Of a DNA stretch of 32,478 nucleotides, positions 18,661-27,109 are shown in pieces. The stretch's first letter is position 1. Every line of letters begins with the position of its first letter. The notes under the pieces were generated by a model. The model ran no database searches. It was not told the origin of the DNA and worked only from the letters and a program-made list of their open reading frames with translations. The position numbers and the translations under genes are program-made. The stretch is from an uncultured Streptococcus sp. (GTDB taxonomy: Bacteria; Bacillota; Bacilli; Lactobacillales; Streptococcaceae): NCBI GenBank assembly GCA_963553705.1, contig CAUVQK010000001.1, positions 1 to 32,478 of the forward strand, given 5' to 3'.

Positions 18661-20388
18661 CTATTTGAAGAACGACATAGCGTTCTGTGCTTTGTCACCG
18701 TCCTCCAGCATCTGCACGGTAGCGAATACGGATGCATCGAAAAGGTCGATACGCATATTCTGCTCTACCTTTTCGTACTGGATCATGTCATCGGTCTTCT
18801 CGATGGCACGGACGTTTTGGACACAATATTCATAGGCTTCTGAATGGCAGTAGTACAACTGCTTGTTCTTAGCCTGCATTTCGATACGGCGGAAGCCTTC
18901 GGACTTTTTGTAAAAGTATTGCGGTTGGTCAATCATCTTAAAGCCGGCCTTCTTCATCTTCTTGAAGAACTCACGACCGAACTTGCGGTCGAACCCGACT
19001 TGCTTAATCTTGAAGCCTTTCTTCTTCATGGTTAGGAACCAGTTGACGATATCATCATGGAGTACCGTCTTGGTATTACTCATCGTCAGCCAACCGTCTT
19101 CCTTCCACCCGAATAATGGAATACCGTCATCATTAGCTTTCTTATGCGCTGCCGCCAACGGGAAGAATGCATGAGTGATGATAATGTCAACGCCTTGGTA
19201 ATTACCTACCAAAGCACCTGCCGTTAAGTCGTGGAGCTTAGATAGGTCAGCGCCGCCATACCAGTTGATTGGTAACTTGGCCAACTCTTCCATGGTCCAG
19301 TTGTAGGACTCGTCGGATGTTGTAAAGTCGTTAATGTCGAAGTAGGCCTTCATTGAGTTCGTGAACAAGTTCAATGACTTGTTGAGAAACTCATTCCGTG
19401 TCTGTGGATCATTGAGAGCCAACTGAGCATCTCGCATCAAATCAGCAAGGTCCACGGTCACATCGATTGAGGGATTAGCTTGAGTGATAGCTTTCTCACT
19501 AGTGTAATCAACATCGCCGTTGTCATCTGTGTCTGCATCGCAGATGAAGATGAAATAGCCATCGTCCTCGATGGTGCCGTTAAGCACCTTATCGCAATAC
19601 TTGACACGGTTAGCTAGGAAGCCGTTTGGCAGGTCGCCGGCTGTGGTAATAGCCATCAGCAACTTGTTACGGAATGCCTTCTGCGCGTTCTTCATCAAGG
19701 TGTAGCGCTTGGCGTTCTTGAAGCCATGGACTTCGTCCAAGATGAGGATGTTGCCGTTGAATGAGTCAAGGTTATCCTCTTTGGCAGCTAAGGCATGCAC
19801 TTCCATACTCCCATTTGAGAACTTACGCGTAATGCTTCGCTCGTTGTTGTTGTCTCGTATTCGAATGGCAGGGTCGTTGTAGCGCTCGTAGTTAAACTTG
19901 AGAAACTCAAAGCTTTCCTTAGTCTGCTTGAGGCTGTTTGCGATGATGTAGCATGTGGCGCCACTTCTGTTTTCCAGTAGAGCCATGGCATGGGCCAAGG
20001 CACAGGCGAATGGCGTCTTTCCGTTCTTCCGAGGGAGCATCAAGAGCATCTCAGTAAACCGCCGCAATCGAGTACCAGGGTGGAAGAAGCCAAACAGATT
20101 GACGATGACAAATTTCTGCCATCGTTGACACTTAAAGGCTGTGCCAGCTAATGGGACACCTTCCAATGATTCGCCCTTCTTGTGGACCACGGTCCCCTCG
20201 ATAATGTCGATGATAAAGTTGAACTGCTCATGTCTGAATTCCCACTTACCTGAATCTAGGTCGTCCAAGAAACGTTGACATGCTTGTTTTCGCCGTTTGC
20301 CTGCATAGGTCTTGCCGCTAACGACATCCTTTGCATACTCTAACGCTACTGTGAAATGTTGTGAGTCAGTCTTAGCCACTGCCATCAC
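18661..20388 (-). CDS. terL: Terminase large subunit
   Basis: PRKNGKT Walker A, ILDEVH Walker B, ITTAG, GADLS..HDLTA nuclease, RIDLFDA. Confidence 0.95.
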   Translation of the reverse strand: MMAVAKTDSQHFTVALEYAKDVVSGKTYAGKRRKQACQRFLDDLDSGKWEFRHEQFNFIIDIIEGTVVHKKGESLEGVPLAGTAFKCQRWQKFVIVNLFGFFHPGTRLRRFTEMLLMLPRKNGKTPFACALAHAMALLENRSGATCYIIANSLKQTKESFEFLKFNYERYNDPAIRIRDNNNERSITRKFSNGSMEVHALAAKEDNLDSFNGNILILDEVHGFKNAKRYTLMKNAQKAFRNKLLMAITTAGDLPNGFLANRVKYCDKVLNGTIEDDGYFIFICDADTDDNGDVDYTSEKAITQANPSIDVTVDLADLMRDAQLALNDPQTRNEFLNKSLNLFTNSMKAYFDINDFTTSDESYNWTMEELAKLPINWYGGADLSKLHDLTAGALVGNYQGVDIIITHAFFPLAAAHKKANDDGIPLFGWKEDGWLTMSNTKTVLHDDIVNWFLTMKKKGFKIKQVGFDRKFGREFFKKMKKAGFKMIDQPQYFYKKSEGFRRIEMQAKNKQLYYCHSEAYEYCVQNVRAIEKTDDMIQYEKVEQNMRIDLFDASVFATVQMLEDGDKAQNAMSFFK

Positions 20389-20755
20389 CTAGCGCTTGAG
20401 ATACAAAGGCATCAAGTCCAACTGGCTTAGCCTTATTGGTCTTAAGCTTGTCATCTGTTAATGCTTTAGGATTCAGGCACAAACGATCAGAGTAGGATAG
20501 GATATCCTTTCGCAACGTTTCTAGTGTCTGCACTAGCGGAGATTTCTTCTCACTTACGACTCCTTTGCTGTTGGTCGTAACTTCTGTTGCGTTGAACTCC
20601 TCATCTGCGTGCATCTTGGCATAAGCCTTGTACTGGACCATCATGCTGGCATAGATTTCAATCAATGGGTCGAATTCCTTACGGTAGACGCCAAGCGACT
20701 CCATATTCTTCTTCGTTTTATTAAAGATTGACTTCTCAGTTTCTGGTCGTGCCAA
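20372..20755 (-). CDS. terS: Terminase small subunit (P27 family)
   Basis: TTG at 20755 after AAAGGAG; M.SLG.Y..EFD..I.IY, KKSPL...LE.LRKDIL.YSDRL.LNPKA. Confidence 0.88.
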   Translation of the reverse strand: MARPETEKSIFNKTKKNMESLGVYRKEFDPLIEIYASMMVQYKAYAKMHADEEFNATEVTTNSKGVVSEKKSPLVQTLETLRKDILSYSDRLCLNPKALTDDKLKTNKAKPVGLDAFVSQALGDGSG

Positions 20756-20804
20756 AAGCACCACTCCTTTCCAATCGGTCCGACTTTTCGGAAGTTTCCA
20801 GCTC

Positions 20805-20890
20805 AGGCCCCTTCCGAGGGGGAAAAAGCTCCCCCTCCCCGGTGCCCCAAACACCGTTTTAATTTTGCTTAGGTGGGGGGGCTCCGAAAA
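20805..20890 (-). other. Putative cos (cohesive-end) region
   Basis: C-run CCCCCCCACC and GC-rich GGGGCACCGGGGAGGGGGAGCTTTTTCC between the HNH and terS genes, the usual position for HNH-associated cos phages. Exact cut site not determinable. Confidence 0.55.
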
Positions 20891-21185
20891 ATTTTTCGAA
20901 CTCGCTTCTAAATTTTTTTTGCCAATACAATCCACGACCGATTATCTTATTTGAGTTACGATCGTGGAATGTGTTGTGCACATTGTTAGCTAGGCTGATT
21001 AGGTTCCAATCCTCAAGCGCTAGCTCAGGATACTCTTCGAGTGGATAGATGTGATGAATCATTTCTGCAGGTTTAGTCCGGCCGAACCGTCTCGACTCTT
21101 GGCACATGTAACCATCACGCCTTAATATCCTCTCTCGTTTCCTTAGCCAGGCTTTGGACTTATAGAATGGCTTTGAGGTCTTCAT
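20859..21185 (-). CDS. Terminase-associated HNH endonuclease
   Basis: FYKSKAW...R..ILRRD.Y.CQ, HHI.P...YPELAL...NL.SL....HN..H. Confidence 0.9.
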   Translation of the reverse strand: MKTSKPFYKSKAWLRKRERILRRDGYMCQESRRFGRTKPAEMIHHIYPLEEYPELALEDWNLISLANNVHNTFHDRNSNKIIGRGLYWQKKFRSEFEKFFGAPPPKQN

Positions 21186-21379
21186 ACTTCAAACAAGGCG
21201 AAGACTTCGTTCTTCTGCACGTCTATCTGTCCGCCGCCATAACTCTCTTCCAGTTCGACCAGCATCGAGGTCTTATCTTCGTTCGTGTACCGAATGAATC
21301 GACCGACTCGTCTTTCGTTGTTGACGAAGCTAATCCAAATCAGTTCGCCGCCATTGAGTTTCATTTCATCCCATGTCAT
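21182..21379 (-). CDS. Small hypothetical protein
   Basis: AGGAG RBS upstream of the ATG at 21379; ATGA overlap with the HNH start; start uncertain. Confidence 0.6.
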   Translation of the reverse strand: MTWDEMKLNGGELIWISFVNNERRVGRFIRYTNEDKTSMLVELEESYGGGQIDVQKNEVFALFEV

Positions 21380-21607
21380 CTTATTCATCTCCTGTCGCTT
21401 AAATAACTCACGTATGAGACGCTTTGACTCATACCCTAATAACATATCGACCAACGCTCTATCTCTTCTCCTGTGGCAATTCTGTTAGGATATTGACCAC
21501 GTCATGACATTGACCACCCCTCTGAATTATCCTCAACGTATATTGTATATAATTGGCTCATCTCTCAGACTCTGCATCAGAATCGGCTTTCTAAGCATTC
21601 CAAAAAA

Positions 21608-21640
21608 TGAATTTACAACTCACTCAATATATCGAACTCA
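21608..21640. other. Putative tyrosine-recombinase target (dif/Xer-like site)
   Basis: Minus strand AGTTCGATATA-TTGAGTG-AGTTGTAAATT, an imperfect inverted repeat starting at the recombinase stop codon. Confidence 0.35.
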
Positions 21641-22189
21641 TAAGATACCAAGAGAGAAGTTGGCCAAGGTTTGGTCTTTTCGGTCCTGGTTCAGACCAAT
21701 GTATCTCTTGGTAATTGCCACGCTTGCGTGGTTGAATTGGTCCATCAATAGCGCTAAGTCCTTGTGCTTGCGGTAGTGATGATAGCCGAATGTCTTGCGC
21801 ATGCTGTGACTGCCAACGTTCTCGATGCCGCAATCTTCAGCAGCAGTCTTCACGATCAGATAGCCCATCTGAGTTGTGATGTGCTTGTTCTTTCCGTTGC
21901 GACTCTTGAACAGATAGTCGTTTGGCTTCATGTCTTTGACATAGTCCATGAGCTCTTTCTTGAACTTAACGTTCATCCGAATCTTCTGGACCTTCTTCGT
22001 CTTGCGCTCGCGCTTGACGATATACCATCCACGGATGTCATGGACTCTCAACTCTACGATGTCGGATATTCGGAGGCCTGTGTTAATTCCGACGATGAAC
22101 AGGATGTAGTTCCGCTTGTTCCAGTCCTTTAGGTATGACGACATTAACTCAATATCGTCCAGGCTTCTAATCGGCTCGACGTAATTCAT
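21638..22189 (-). CDS. Small tyrosine recombinase (catalytic domain only)
   Basis: GLRISD (R), KT.K (K), HSMRK (HxxR), FNH (H), RYIG (Y); start at the ATG at 22189 with GAGGAG RBS; 183 aa. Confidence 0.9.
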   Translation of the reverse strand: MNYVEPIRSLDDIELMSSYLKDWNKRNYILFIVGINTGLRISDIVELRVHDIRGWYIVKRERKTKKVQKIRMNVKFKKELMDYVKDMKPNDYLFKSRNGKNKHITTQMGYLIVKTAAEDCGIENVGSHSMRKTFGYHHYRKHKDLALLMDQFNHASVAITKRYIGLNQDRKDQTLANFSLGIL

Positions 22190-22210
22190 TTGGCTCTCCT
22201 CTCTCAGCAC

Positions 22211-22237
22211 AAAAAGAGCCACCGTTTCCGGTGACTC
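22211..22237 (-). terminator. Terminator-like hairpin between the late activator and the recombinase
   Basis: GAGTCACCG-GAAA-CGGTGGCTC followed by TTTTT. Confidence 0.65.
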
Positions 22238-22259
22238 AATGTATGCAATCTTTGATGCT

Positions 22260-22348
22260 ATTATCATATCATGGATAATCAATGGAGTCTGTACCACCTA
22301 TGTGATAACATAAATGTTACATTCCTTGATTTCATATCACGTTACACG
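22260..22348 (-). promoter_or_regulatory. Probable late promoter region
   Basis: Directly downstream of the ArpU-like gene; GATAAT -10 candidate; upstream TGTAAC/TAACAT repeats and the palindrome TAACATAAATGTTA. Confidence 0.45.
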
Positions 22349-22747
22349 TTAAATTAACGAATCGATGAAGCGAATGGTCCGCATTGTGTTGGCGTGTAAT
22401 CGACGAATATGTCCGTGCGAATATCCTAGCTCCTCTGCTATTGATTCTAGCGTCATGCCATCGATGTACTTCATCTTTAGCAGCCTGCTCTCTACATCGT
22501 CGAACTGCTCAATCAACTCAATGAGTTTCTCCATTTTGGATTTCATATAGTCCAACTCGGTTTTGATTTCTTCAATTCGTCGCTCTAACCCACAGGCTAT
22601 AGAGCCTTTGGTCAGCCTTACGTTTACCAGGTCTCCGGATACCCAGCGGTCCAACTCTGCTTCGCTTTGTTCCAGGTCGAACTCAAGGTAGCCTATTCGC
22701 TTCTTCATCAGCGTGTAGGTATTCAACCATTCGTACAATTCACTCAC
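22349..22747 (-). CDS. Late transcriptional activator (ArpU/RinA-like, sigma region-4-type HTH)
   Basis: Coiled coil then LLKMKYIDGMTLESIAEELGYS..HIRRLH; last early gene before the packaging module. Confidence 0.8.
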   Translation of the reverse strand: MSELYEWLNTYTLMKKRIGYLEFDLEQSEAELDRWVSGDLVNVRLTKGSIACGLERRIEEIKTELDYMKSKMEKLIELIEQFDDVESRLLKMKYIDGMTLESIAEELGYSHGHIRRLHANTMRTIRFIDSLI

Positions 22748-22755
22748 CCCTTTGT

Positions 22756-23244
22756 TTAGAACGGCAAGTCATCTTCTGAAATATCGATTGGATGACCTTC
22801 ATTCATGAATGACGTGCCGGCTCCAAAACTCGCCTGTGCGTTGTTTTGCACTTGAGTGTTGTAATTCGATTGAGCCCGTCCTTGACCTTGCTGGCTATAT
22901 TGTTGTGCTGCTCTATTGTTTGTTGTCTCCTTAGACTCTAGCAATTCGAAGTTGTTGACGACTACTTCTGTGACGTAGACTTTCTGTCCGTGCTTGTTAT
23001 CGTATGATCTGGTCTGTAGTCTTCCGTCGATTGCGATGAGTGACCCCTTGCGAGTCCAGTTGGCTAGATTCTCCGCTGCCTTTCGCCAAATGACGCAGTT
23101 GATAAAGTCTGCTTCTCGTTCACCTTGTTGGTTAGTGAAGTTGCGATTGACTGCTAAGTTAAACGAGCCGGTAGCTGTTCCTGATGCAGTGAATTTCAAT
23201 TCAACATCTCTCGTCAGCCTGCCGACTAATTGGACTGTGTTCAT
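22756..23244 (-). CDS. ssb: Single-stranded DNA-binding protein
   Basis: LVGRLTRD, LAVNRNF, ADFINCVIWRKAAEN, GRLQTRSY, C-terminal DDLPF. Confidence 0.97.
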   Translation of the reverse strand: MNTVQLVGRLTRDVELKFTASGTATGSFNLAVNRNFTNQQGEREADFINCVIWRKAAENLANWTRKGSLIAIDGRLQTRSYDNKHGQKVYVTEVVVNNFELLESKETTNNRAAQQYSQQGQGRAQSNYNTQVQNNAQASFGAGTSFMNEGHPIDISEDDLPF

Positions 23245-23250
23245 TTTCCA

Positions 23251-23469
23251 TCACTCCTCGCTGTAAATTAAATTGGCACATAAGTCTAGCTGTCTTGCTT
23301 CATAAACCAGTTCGTTGTAGCGCCTTGGATTATCGTATGCGTGCTTCATTGCTTTTCGGCGATAGTGCATTGCCTTTTGTTTTAGGAAGGCACTATGCTC
23401 TTTACGCACCTTGGTTTCCAACTTATCGTACACCTGATTCACGCTCCTCGTACTCTTTGAGTCTATCAA
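23251..23469 (-). CDS. Hypothetical protein
   Basis: Fills the gap to ssb; start uncertain (may be a downstream GTG). Confidence 0.6.
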   Translation of the reverse strand: MIDSKSTRSVNQVYDKLETKVRKEHSAFLKQKAMHYRRKAMKHAYDNPRRYNELVYEARQLDLCANLIYSEE

Positions 23470-23947
23470 TACAATAGCTAGCCTTGTCCAAATCTTCAGT
23501 GCCGTTCTTGTCTTGGTACCTGTGCAGGTATTTGTAGATGTGAGATTTCATAATGGCTCTGAATTCGTCGAATGGAAACTCATGATACCAACCTTCGAAT
23601 AGATCATGTGCACCTTGGCGATAATGTGCAGGTCTAATAGCATCTGTCGTTGGAACAATCGTGGCTACAACCTCTTCTGTGTATAGCGCAGGTGACTCCT
23701 GTTCTTCCGTCGGTTCCTCGATTGGCTCGAATACCAACTTACCTTTCTTGTTGCAGTCCTTGCATGTCTTGCGATAGTTTCCACCTCTGACACGTTGGAA
23801 CTTGTTGACTGACAACTCTTTGCCGCAGCATTTGCATGTTTTAGTTTGATTGCTTTCTTCTGGTTCTTTGATTTCTTCGATGCCGTCATTTGGATTGGCA
23901 TAGACTAGCTTTCCTTTATCTTCCAGGACAGCAATCTTACCTTGCAT
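23423..23947 (-). CDS. Zinc-finger plus DUF3310-like protein (5' end apparently frameshifted)
   Basis: CKCC...CKDC zinc motif; PAHY..G...KYL.RY..KNG.EDL.KA..CI.RL is DUF3310-like. The good RBS/ATG at 24008 is out of frame. Confidence 0.75.
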   Translation of the reverse strand: MQGKIAVLEDKGKLVYANPNDGIEEIKEPEESNQTKTCKCCGKELSVNKFQRVRGGNYRKTCKDCNKKGKLVFEPIEEPTEEQESPALYTEEVVATIVPTTDAIRPAHYRQGAHDLFEGWYHEFPFDEFRAIMKSHIYKYLHRYQDKNGTEDLDKASYCIDRLKEYEERESGVR

Positions 23948-24007
23948 GCGGAGGAACTTGCCTTGTTTATATCCAATCTTGTAGGTCCGTTACCTTTAGC
24001 TTTCTCA

Positions 24008-24244
24008 TTACAAGCCCTCCTTCAACTCTTCCATTAGATCAGGTCGGAAGCCGAACCAATGTCTTTTCTTATCAACATAGACAACTGGTAGATTTTGATA
24101 TCCTAGTTGAATTACCCTGTTGACATAACGTTCATTCTTTGTGACGTCATAGGCGTTGTAGGGAATGCCATTTTCATGCAACCAACGCTTGGTGAATTCA
24201 CACTGCATGCAGTTTGGTTTAGAGTATACAATTACCTCATTCAT
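24008..24244 (-). CDS. nrdH: Glutaredoxin-like NrdH-redoxin
   Basis: VIVYSKPNCMQC..TK, LGY..LPVV, W.GFRPD. Confidence 0.88.
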   Translation of the reverse strand: MNEVIVYSKPNCMQCEFTKRWLHENGIPYNAYDVTKNERYVNRVIQLGYQNLPVVYVDKKRHWFGFRPDLMEELKEGL

Positions 24245-24536
24245 TTTTAACGAACACTCCATTCTGAACGTGACCTGTTCTGTCTTTAATTTCTTCGTAG
24301 GCAGATTCTAAGCACTGCACTAGGTCTAAACCTCGCTGGAGGCAGTATCCGATTAAGACCACTGTGATGTCGCCAACTGCGTCAACTTCTTCCTTGAAGT
24401 CATTAGCTGCGTGTGCAGCTTCTAACTCATCGACTTCTTCCTTCAACTTTTTGATTTGTCCAAGTCCATCTCCTACTGCGATGTCTCGATTCTCAAACCA
24501 TTTATTTACTTTGTTGATTAGTTTTTCCATTTCCAT
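24237..24536 (-). CDS. MazG-like nucleotide pyrophosphohydrolase
   Basis: Q..KL.EEV.EL, DAVGDI.VVL, CL..AYEEIKDRTG...NGVFVK. Confidence 0.85.
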   Translation of the reverse strand: MEMEKLINKVNKWFENRDIAVGDGLGQIKKLKEEVDELEAAHAANDFKEEVDAVGDITVVLIGYCLQRGLDLVQCLESAYEEIKDRTGHVQNGVFVKNE

Positions 24537-24541
24537 TATTC

Positions 24542-24715
24542 TTAACGCCCTTTCTTAATTTTTTCATGAATTTCATCCAATGACTCTTTTACCCATATCG
24601 AATCGCAAGCGAATGTGATTTTAGTTTTCCCATTTCCTAGATCTTCCATATACATAACCGAGTTCAAATTGATAGCTACCTCGATTTCATTTGTTCTTGT
24701 TAAGTAAATAATCAT
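24542..24715 (-). CDS. 57-aa protein resembling the FlbD/SwrD family (not in ORF track)
   Basis: MIIYLTRTNEIEVAINLNSVMYMEDLGNGKTKITFACDSIWVKESLDEIHEKIKKGR; ATGA overlap with the YopX stop and an RBS upstream. Confidence 0.7.
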   Translation of the reverse strand: MIIYLTRTNEIEVAINLNSVMYMEDLGNGKTKITFACDSIWVKESLDEIHEKIKKGR

Positions 24716-25200
24716 TTTCCTGCACCTTCCAATAGGTTTTTGTTCTGATAGATATTCCCAACAATTTTGAAGTTACTAGGTCTCGAAAGGAATTTACTCA
24801 ATTCATTGCCATTTTCGTCTAAACACTCTCTTATTAGAGACACATATTCCTCGGACTCCTGGCCACCGTGTTTGTAATCTTCCAAGCTCCACTCTAGGTT
24901 CCTTCTGTGGAGCACTGCTAAGTTTTTGATGCTGGTTTCTCCACCGGTTACTTCATTGGTTTCTCCGAATGACTCATCTTCATACATGATTGTGTCATCG
25001 AACTCGATGATGTCGCCCTCAAATACCTCTGTACCGGTCATGTCCTTATATCCTGTGCCATGAATAATCTCAACCTCACTGAGTGGACAAGGTACCAAGA
25101 ACCCAGTACCAAGGAAAATCATTTCCCTGGTGTAGTCAATTGATTTCACATCGTGTATCCATTTCTTTTGAATGTGCCACGCTCTGAATTTTTGTATCAT
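24712..25200 (-). CDS. YopX-family protein
   Basis: MIQKFRAW, TG.KD..G.EVFEGDI, IVGNIYQN..LL; start at 25200 with GGAGG RBS. Confidence 0.88.
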   Translation of the reverse strand: MIQKFRAWHIQKKWIHDVKSIDYTREMIFLGTGFLVPCPLSEVEIIHGTGYKDMTGTEVFEGDIIEFDDTIMYEDESFGETNEVTGGETSIKNLAVLHRRNLEWSLEDYKHGGQESEEYVSLIRECLDENGNELSKFLSRPSNFKIVGNIYQNKNLLEGAGK

Positions 25201-25433
25201 TCCACTACCTCCATTTCCATGATCGCTGCCATTGTGAACGATCTGTCTCCATACTTGCAATACTCATACTCATTATGACTTGTAGCTTCCCTTTCTTTCG
25301 AGAACCCTTCAGATAACAACCATTTATGCGCCGATTCGCGAGTATTGAATACCTTGCAGTATACATCGTAATCGGAATCATCTTGACCTTCGGTGCTATA
25401 CCATTTGATAGCGTACATAGATTGTTTCATCAC
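25197..25433 (-). CDS. Hypothetical protein
   Basis: 78-aa ORF translationally coupled to YopX. Confidence 0.7.
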   Translation of the reverse strand: MMKQSMYAIKWYSTEGQDDSDYDVYCKVFNTRESAHKWLLSEGFSKEREATSHNEYEYCKYGDRSFTMAAIMEMEVVE

Positions 25434-25442
25434 TCATCGCCC

Positions 25443-25781
25443 TCACTTAACCATTTTCAGCAGTGCCATCACCGCGCCATATTCTGGTGACATAACTCTA
25501 GTGATACCGTCGTACATGGCAAATAGTCCGAGTACGATTGGTATAATCAATGGAACTAAAAACAAAACCCATTCAGAATACAAGTCATCTTTCATATTGG
25601 TCCATAGGACGATAGCAACGATAGCAGAAAACACGAGCGATATAACAGCTAATACGATTTCCGCAACACCATTGATAAAATTGCCACGCACCATAATTTG
25701 AAACGCTTGGCTGGCAATATCCGGAACGCCTTCCATGCCTTTTGTTAACAGGTCTAAAATTTTACTTACTTGAGTATCCAT
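25443..25781 (-). CDS. Hypothetical membrane protein (two transmembrane helices)
   Basis: Two long hydrophobic segments followed by SPEYGA; GGAGG RBS. Confidence 0.75.
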   Translation of the reverse strand: MDTQVSKILDLLTKGMEGVPDIASQAFQIMVRGNFINGVAEIVLAVISLVFSAIVAIVLWTNMKDDLYSEWVLFLVPLIIPIVLGLFAMYDGITRVMSPEYGAVMALLKMVK

Positions 25782-25783
25782 TA

Positions 25784-26281
25784 CTATTCACCCTCCACAA
25801 TATAAAGTTCCCAATTGACTTTTAAATGTCTCATGACTCTTATAGCCTTCGACTCTGAAAACCGTGTTGCTTTATCGAAATCGGTTGTAAATTGGTATGC
25901 GTATCCGTCGTTTCCCTGTGTTTGGAGCACGAAATACTTTTGGCCTCTACCAAGAGGTGTTACAGAGCCTATCACATATTGCTTTTCTCTCAAGACTCTG
26001 TACCCAAATCGAATTATGTCGGTCATTACTAGATTTTTAGCTGGTCCAAGTCGACTGAACCAACACCAAACGTCATTTGGCATTTTCGTTTCGGTATGAA
26101 GACTCATTAAGTTGTATATTTCCAATTCATTCAACTTTTCAAACCAATCTGATACATAACTTGGTACTGAAGGCTTGAGTGACTCCAAGTAAGTTATGGC
26201 TTGTTGCGTATCTTCGATTTCTATGTCGCTTTCTGGGACAATGTCATTTAAGACCTCGATTACTTTGTCTAATTCTCTCAT
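25784..26281 (-). CDS. DUF1642-like phage protein
   Basis: P.VP.YV.DW.E, GY.V..EK.Y, ATRF.E motifs. Confidence 0.7.
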   Translation of the reverse strand: MRELDKVIEVLNDIVPESDIEIEDTQQAITYLESLKPSVPSYVSDWFEKLNELEIYNLMSLHTETKMPNDVWCWFSRLGPAKNLVMTDIIRFGYRVLREKQYVIGSVTPLGRGQKYFVLQTQGNDGYAYQFTTDFDKATRFSESKAIRVMRHLKVNWELYIVEGE

Positions 26282-26287
26282 CGATTG

Positions 26288-26410
26288 TCATCCTCTCTTC
26301 TCGTTGTCGTTGTAGTCCGACTCTTCATTGTCTCGTCTATCGATTCGATAGTCTGTCAGTAGTAATGCCAGGGCTATCAAGCCTGCGGTTAAAGCTAGCG
26401 TGATGATCAT
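26288..26410 (-). CDS. 40-aa single-pass membrane peptide (not in ORF track)
   Basis: GGAGGT RBS; MIITLALTAGLIALALLLTDYRIDRRDNEESDYNDNEKRG; fills the intergenic gap. Confidence 0.65.
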   Translation of the reverse strand: MIITLALTAGLIALALLLTDYRIDRRDNEESDYNDNEKRG

Positions 26411-26411
26411 G

Positions 26412-26708
26412 TTAATGACCTCCTTCGTTGACTGTGATGTAACATTCCATCTTGCCATCTTCGTTCTCGTAGCAATAGCGCCGATGGACTTCTGGATACT
26501 TATCGTCTCCTACCTTCCAAGTGTTGATAAGGACCGGCTTACCTTTGGCGGACTTGACCTTCTCGCGTTGAATTTTGGCCATGGACATACTCTCATTGGC
26601 AGGAGGTTGGCCACTCGGTCTCGGATTAATGAATGCTAGTGGAATCCACCAAAATGAGCAAATGAGTATTGCTAGAATCATCGATAGCTTCTTGAGTTGC
26701 GTTCTCAT
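26412..26708 (-). CDS. Hypothetical protein with N-terminal membrane anchor/signal peptide
   Basis: Basic N-terminus, hydrophobic stretch, then soluble domain. Confidence 0.7.
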   Translation of the reverse strand: MRTQLKKLSMILAILICSFWWIPLAFINPRPSGQPPANESMSMAKIQREKVKSAKGKPVLINTWKVGDDKYPEVHRRYCYENEDGKMECYITVNEGGH

Positions 26709-26710
26709 AT

Positions 26711-27109
26711 CTACACCCCCAAAGCTGACATCTTGAGATTACGAATTACTGCCTGACTGCGTCTGATTTGCGCTTCGTAGGCAGCAATAGTGGCTTGGCG
26801 CTCTGCCTCTGATACGATGACAAAATATCCACCTGACTGATTCCGTATGGCGCCGATTGGATACTTCTTTGCTCTTAGCGACTCGACTAGCTCGCAGAAA
26901 TCTCTTCGATTTAAGCCGGTTTCTGCTTTGAGTTGAGCGTGAGTCTTCGCATTCTCTGCGCCAATTGGCAAATGGTTCAGTAGGTGTGCCTCTCTGTCGG
27001 TCAGTGGCTCTCGCTTAGACATCCAACTTGGCACGACTTCTGATACTCGTTCGCCTGGTTGAGATAGGCCCCACAAATCCTCGGTAGTGTAATCTGACAT
27101 GTTAATCAT
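26711..27109 (-). CDS. Winged-HTH phage protein
   Basis: LPIG.ENA.T...L....GL..R....LVE.LR...YPIGA.R...GGYF. Confidence 0.75.
   Translation of the reverse strand: MINMSDYTTEDLWGLSQPGERVSEVVPSWMSKREPLTDREAHLLNHLPIGAENAKTHAQLKAETGLNRRDFCELVESLRAKKYPIGAIRNQSGGYFVIVSEAERQATIAAYEAQIRRSQAVIRNLKMSALGV

Noticed and set aside
20756..20935. N-terminal 60-aa extension of the terminase small subunit in the ORF track
   Set aside because: Overlaps the HNH gene and cos-like region; a strong RBS supports the TTG at 20755.
21638..22297. Recombinase as the prophage lysogeny integrase
   Set aside because: Too short, lacks N-terminal DNA-binding domains and lies in the late region; the true integrase is expected beyond the ImmA gene.
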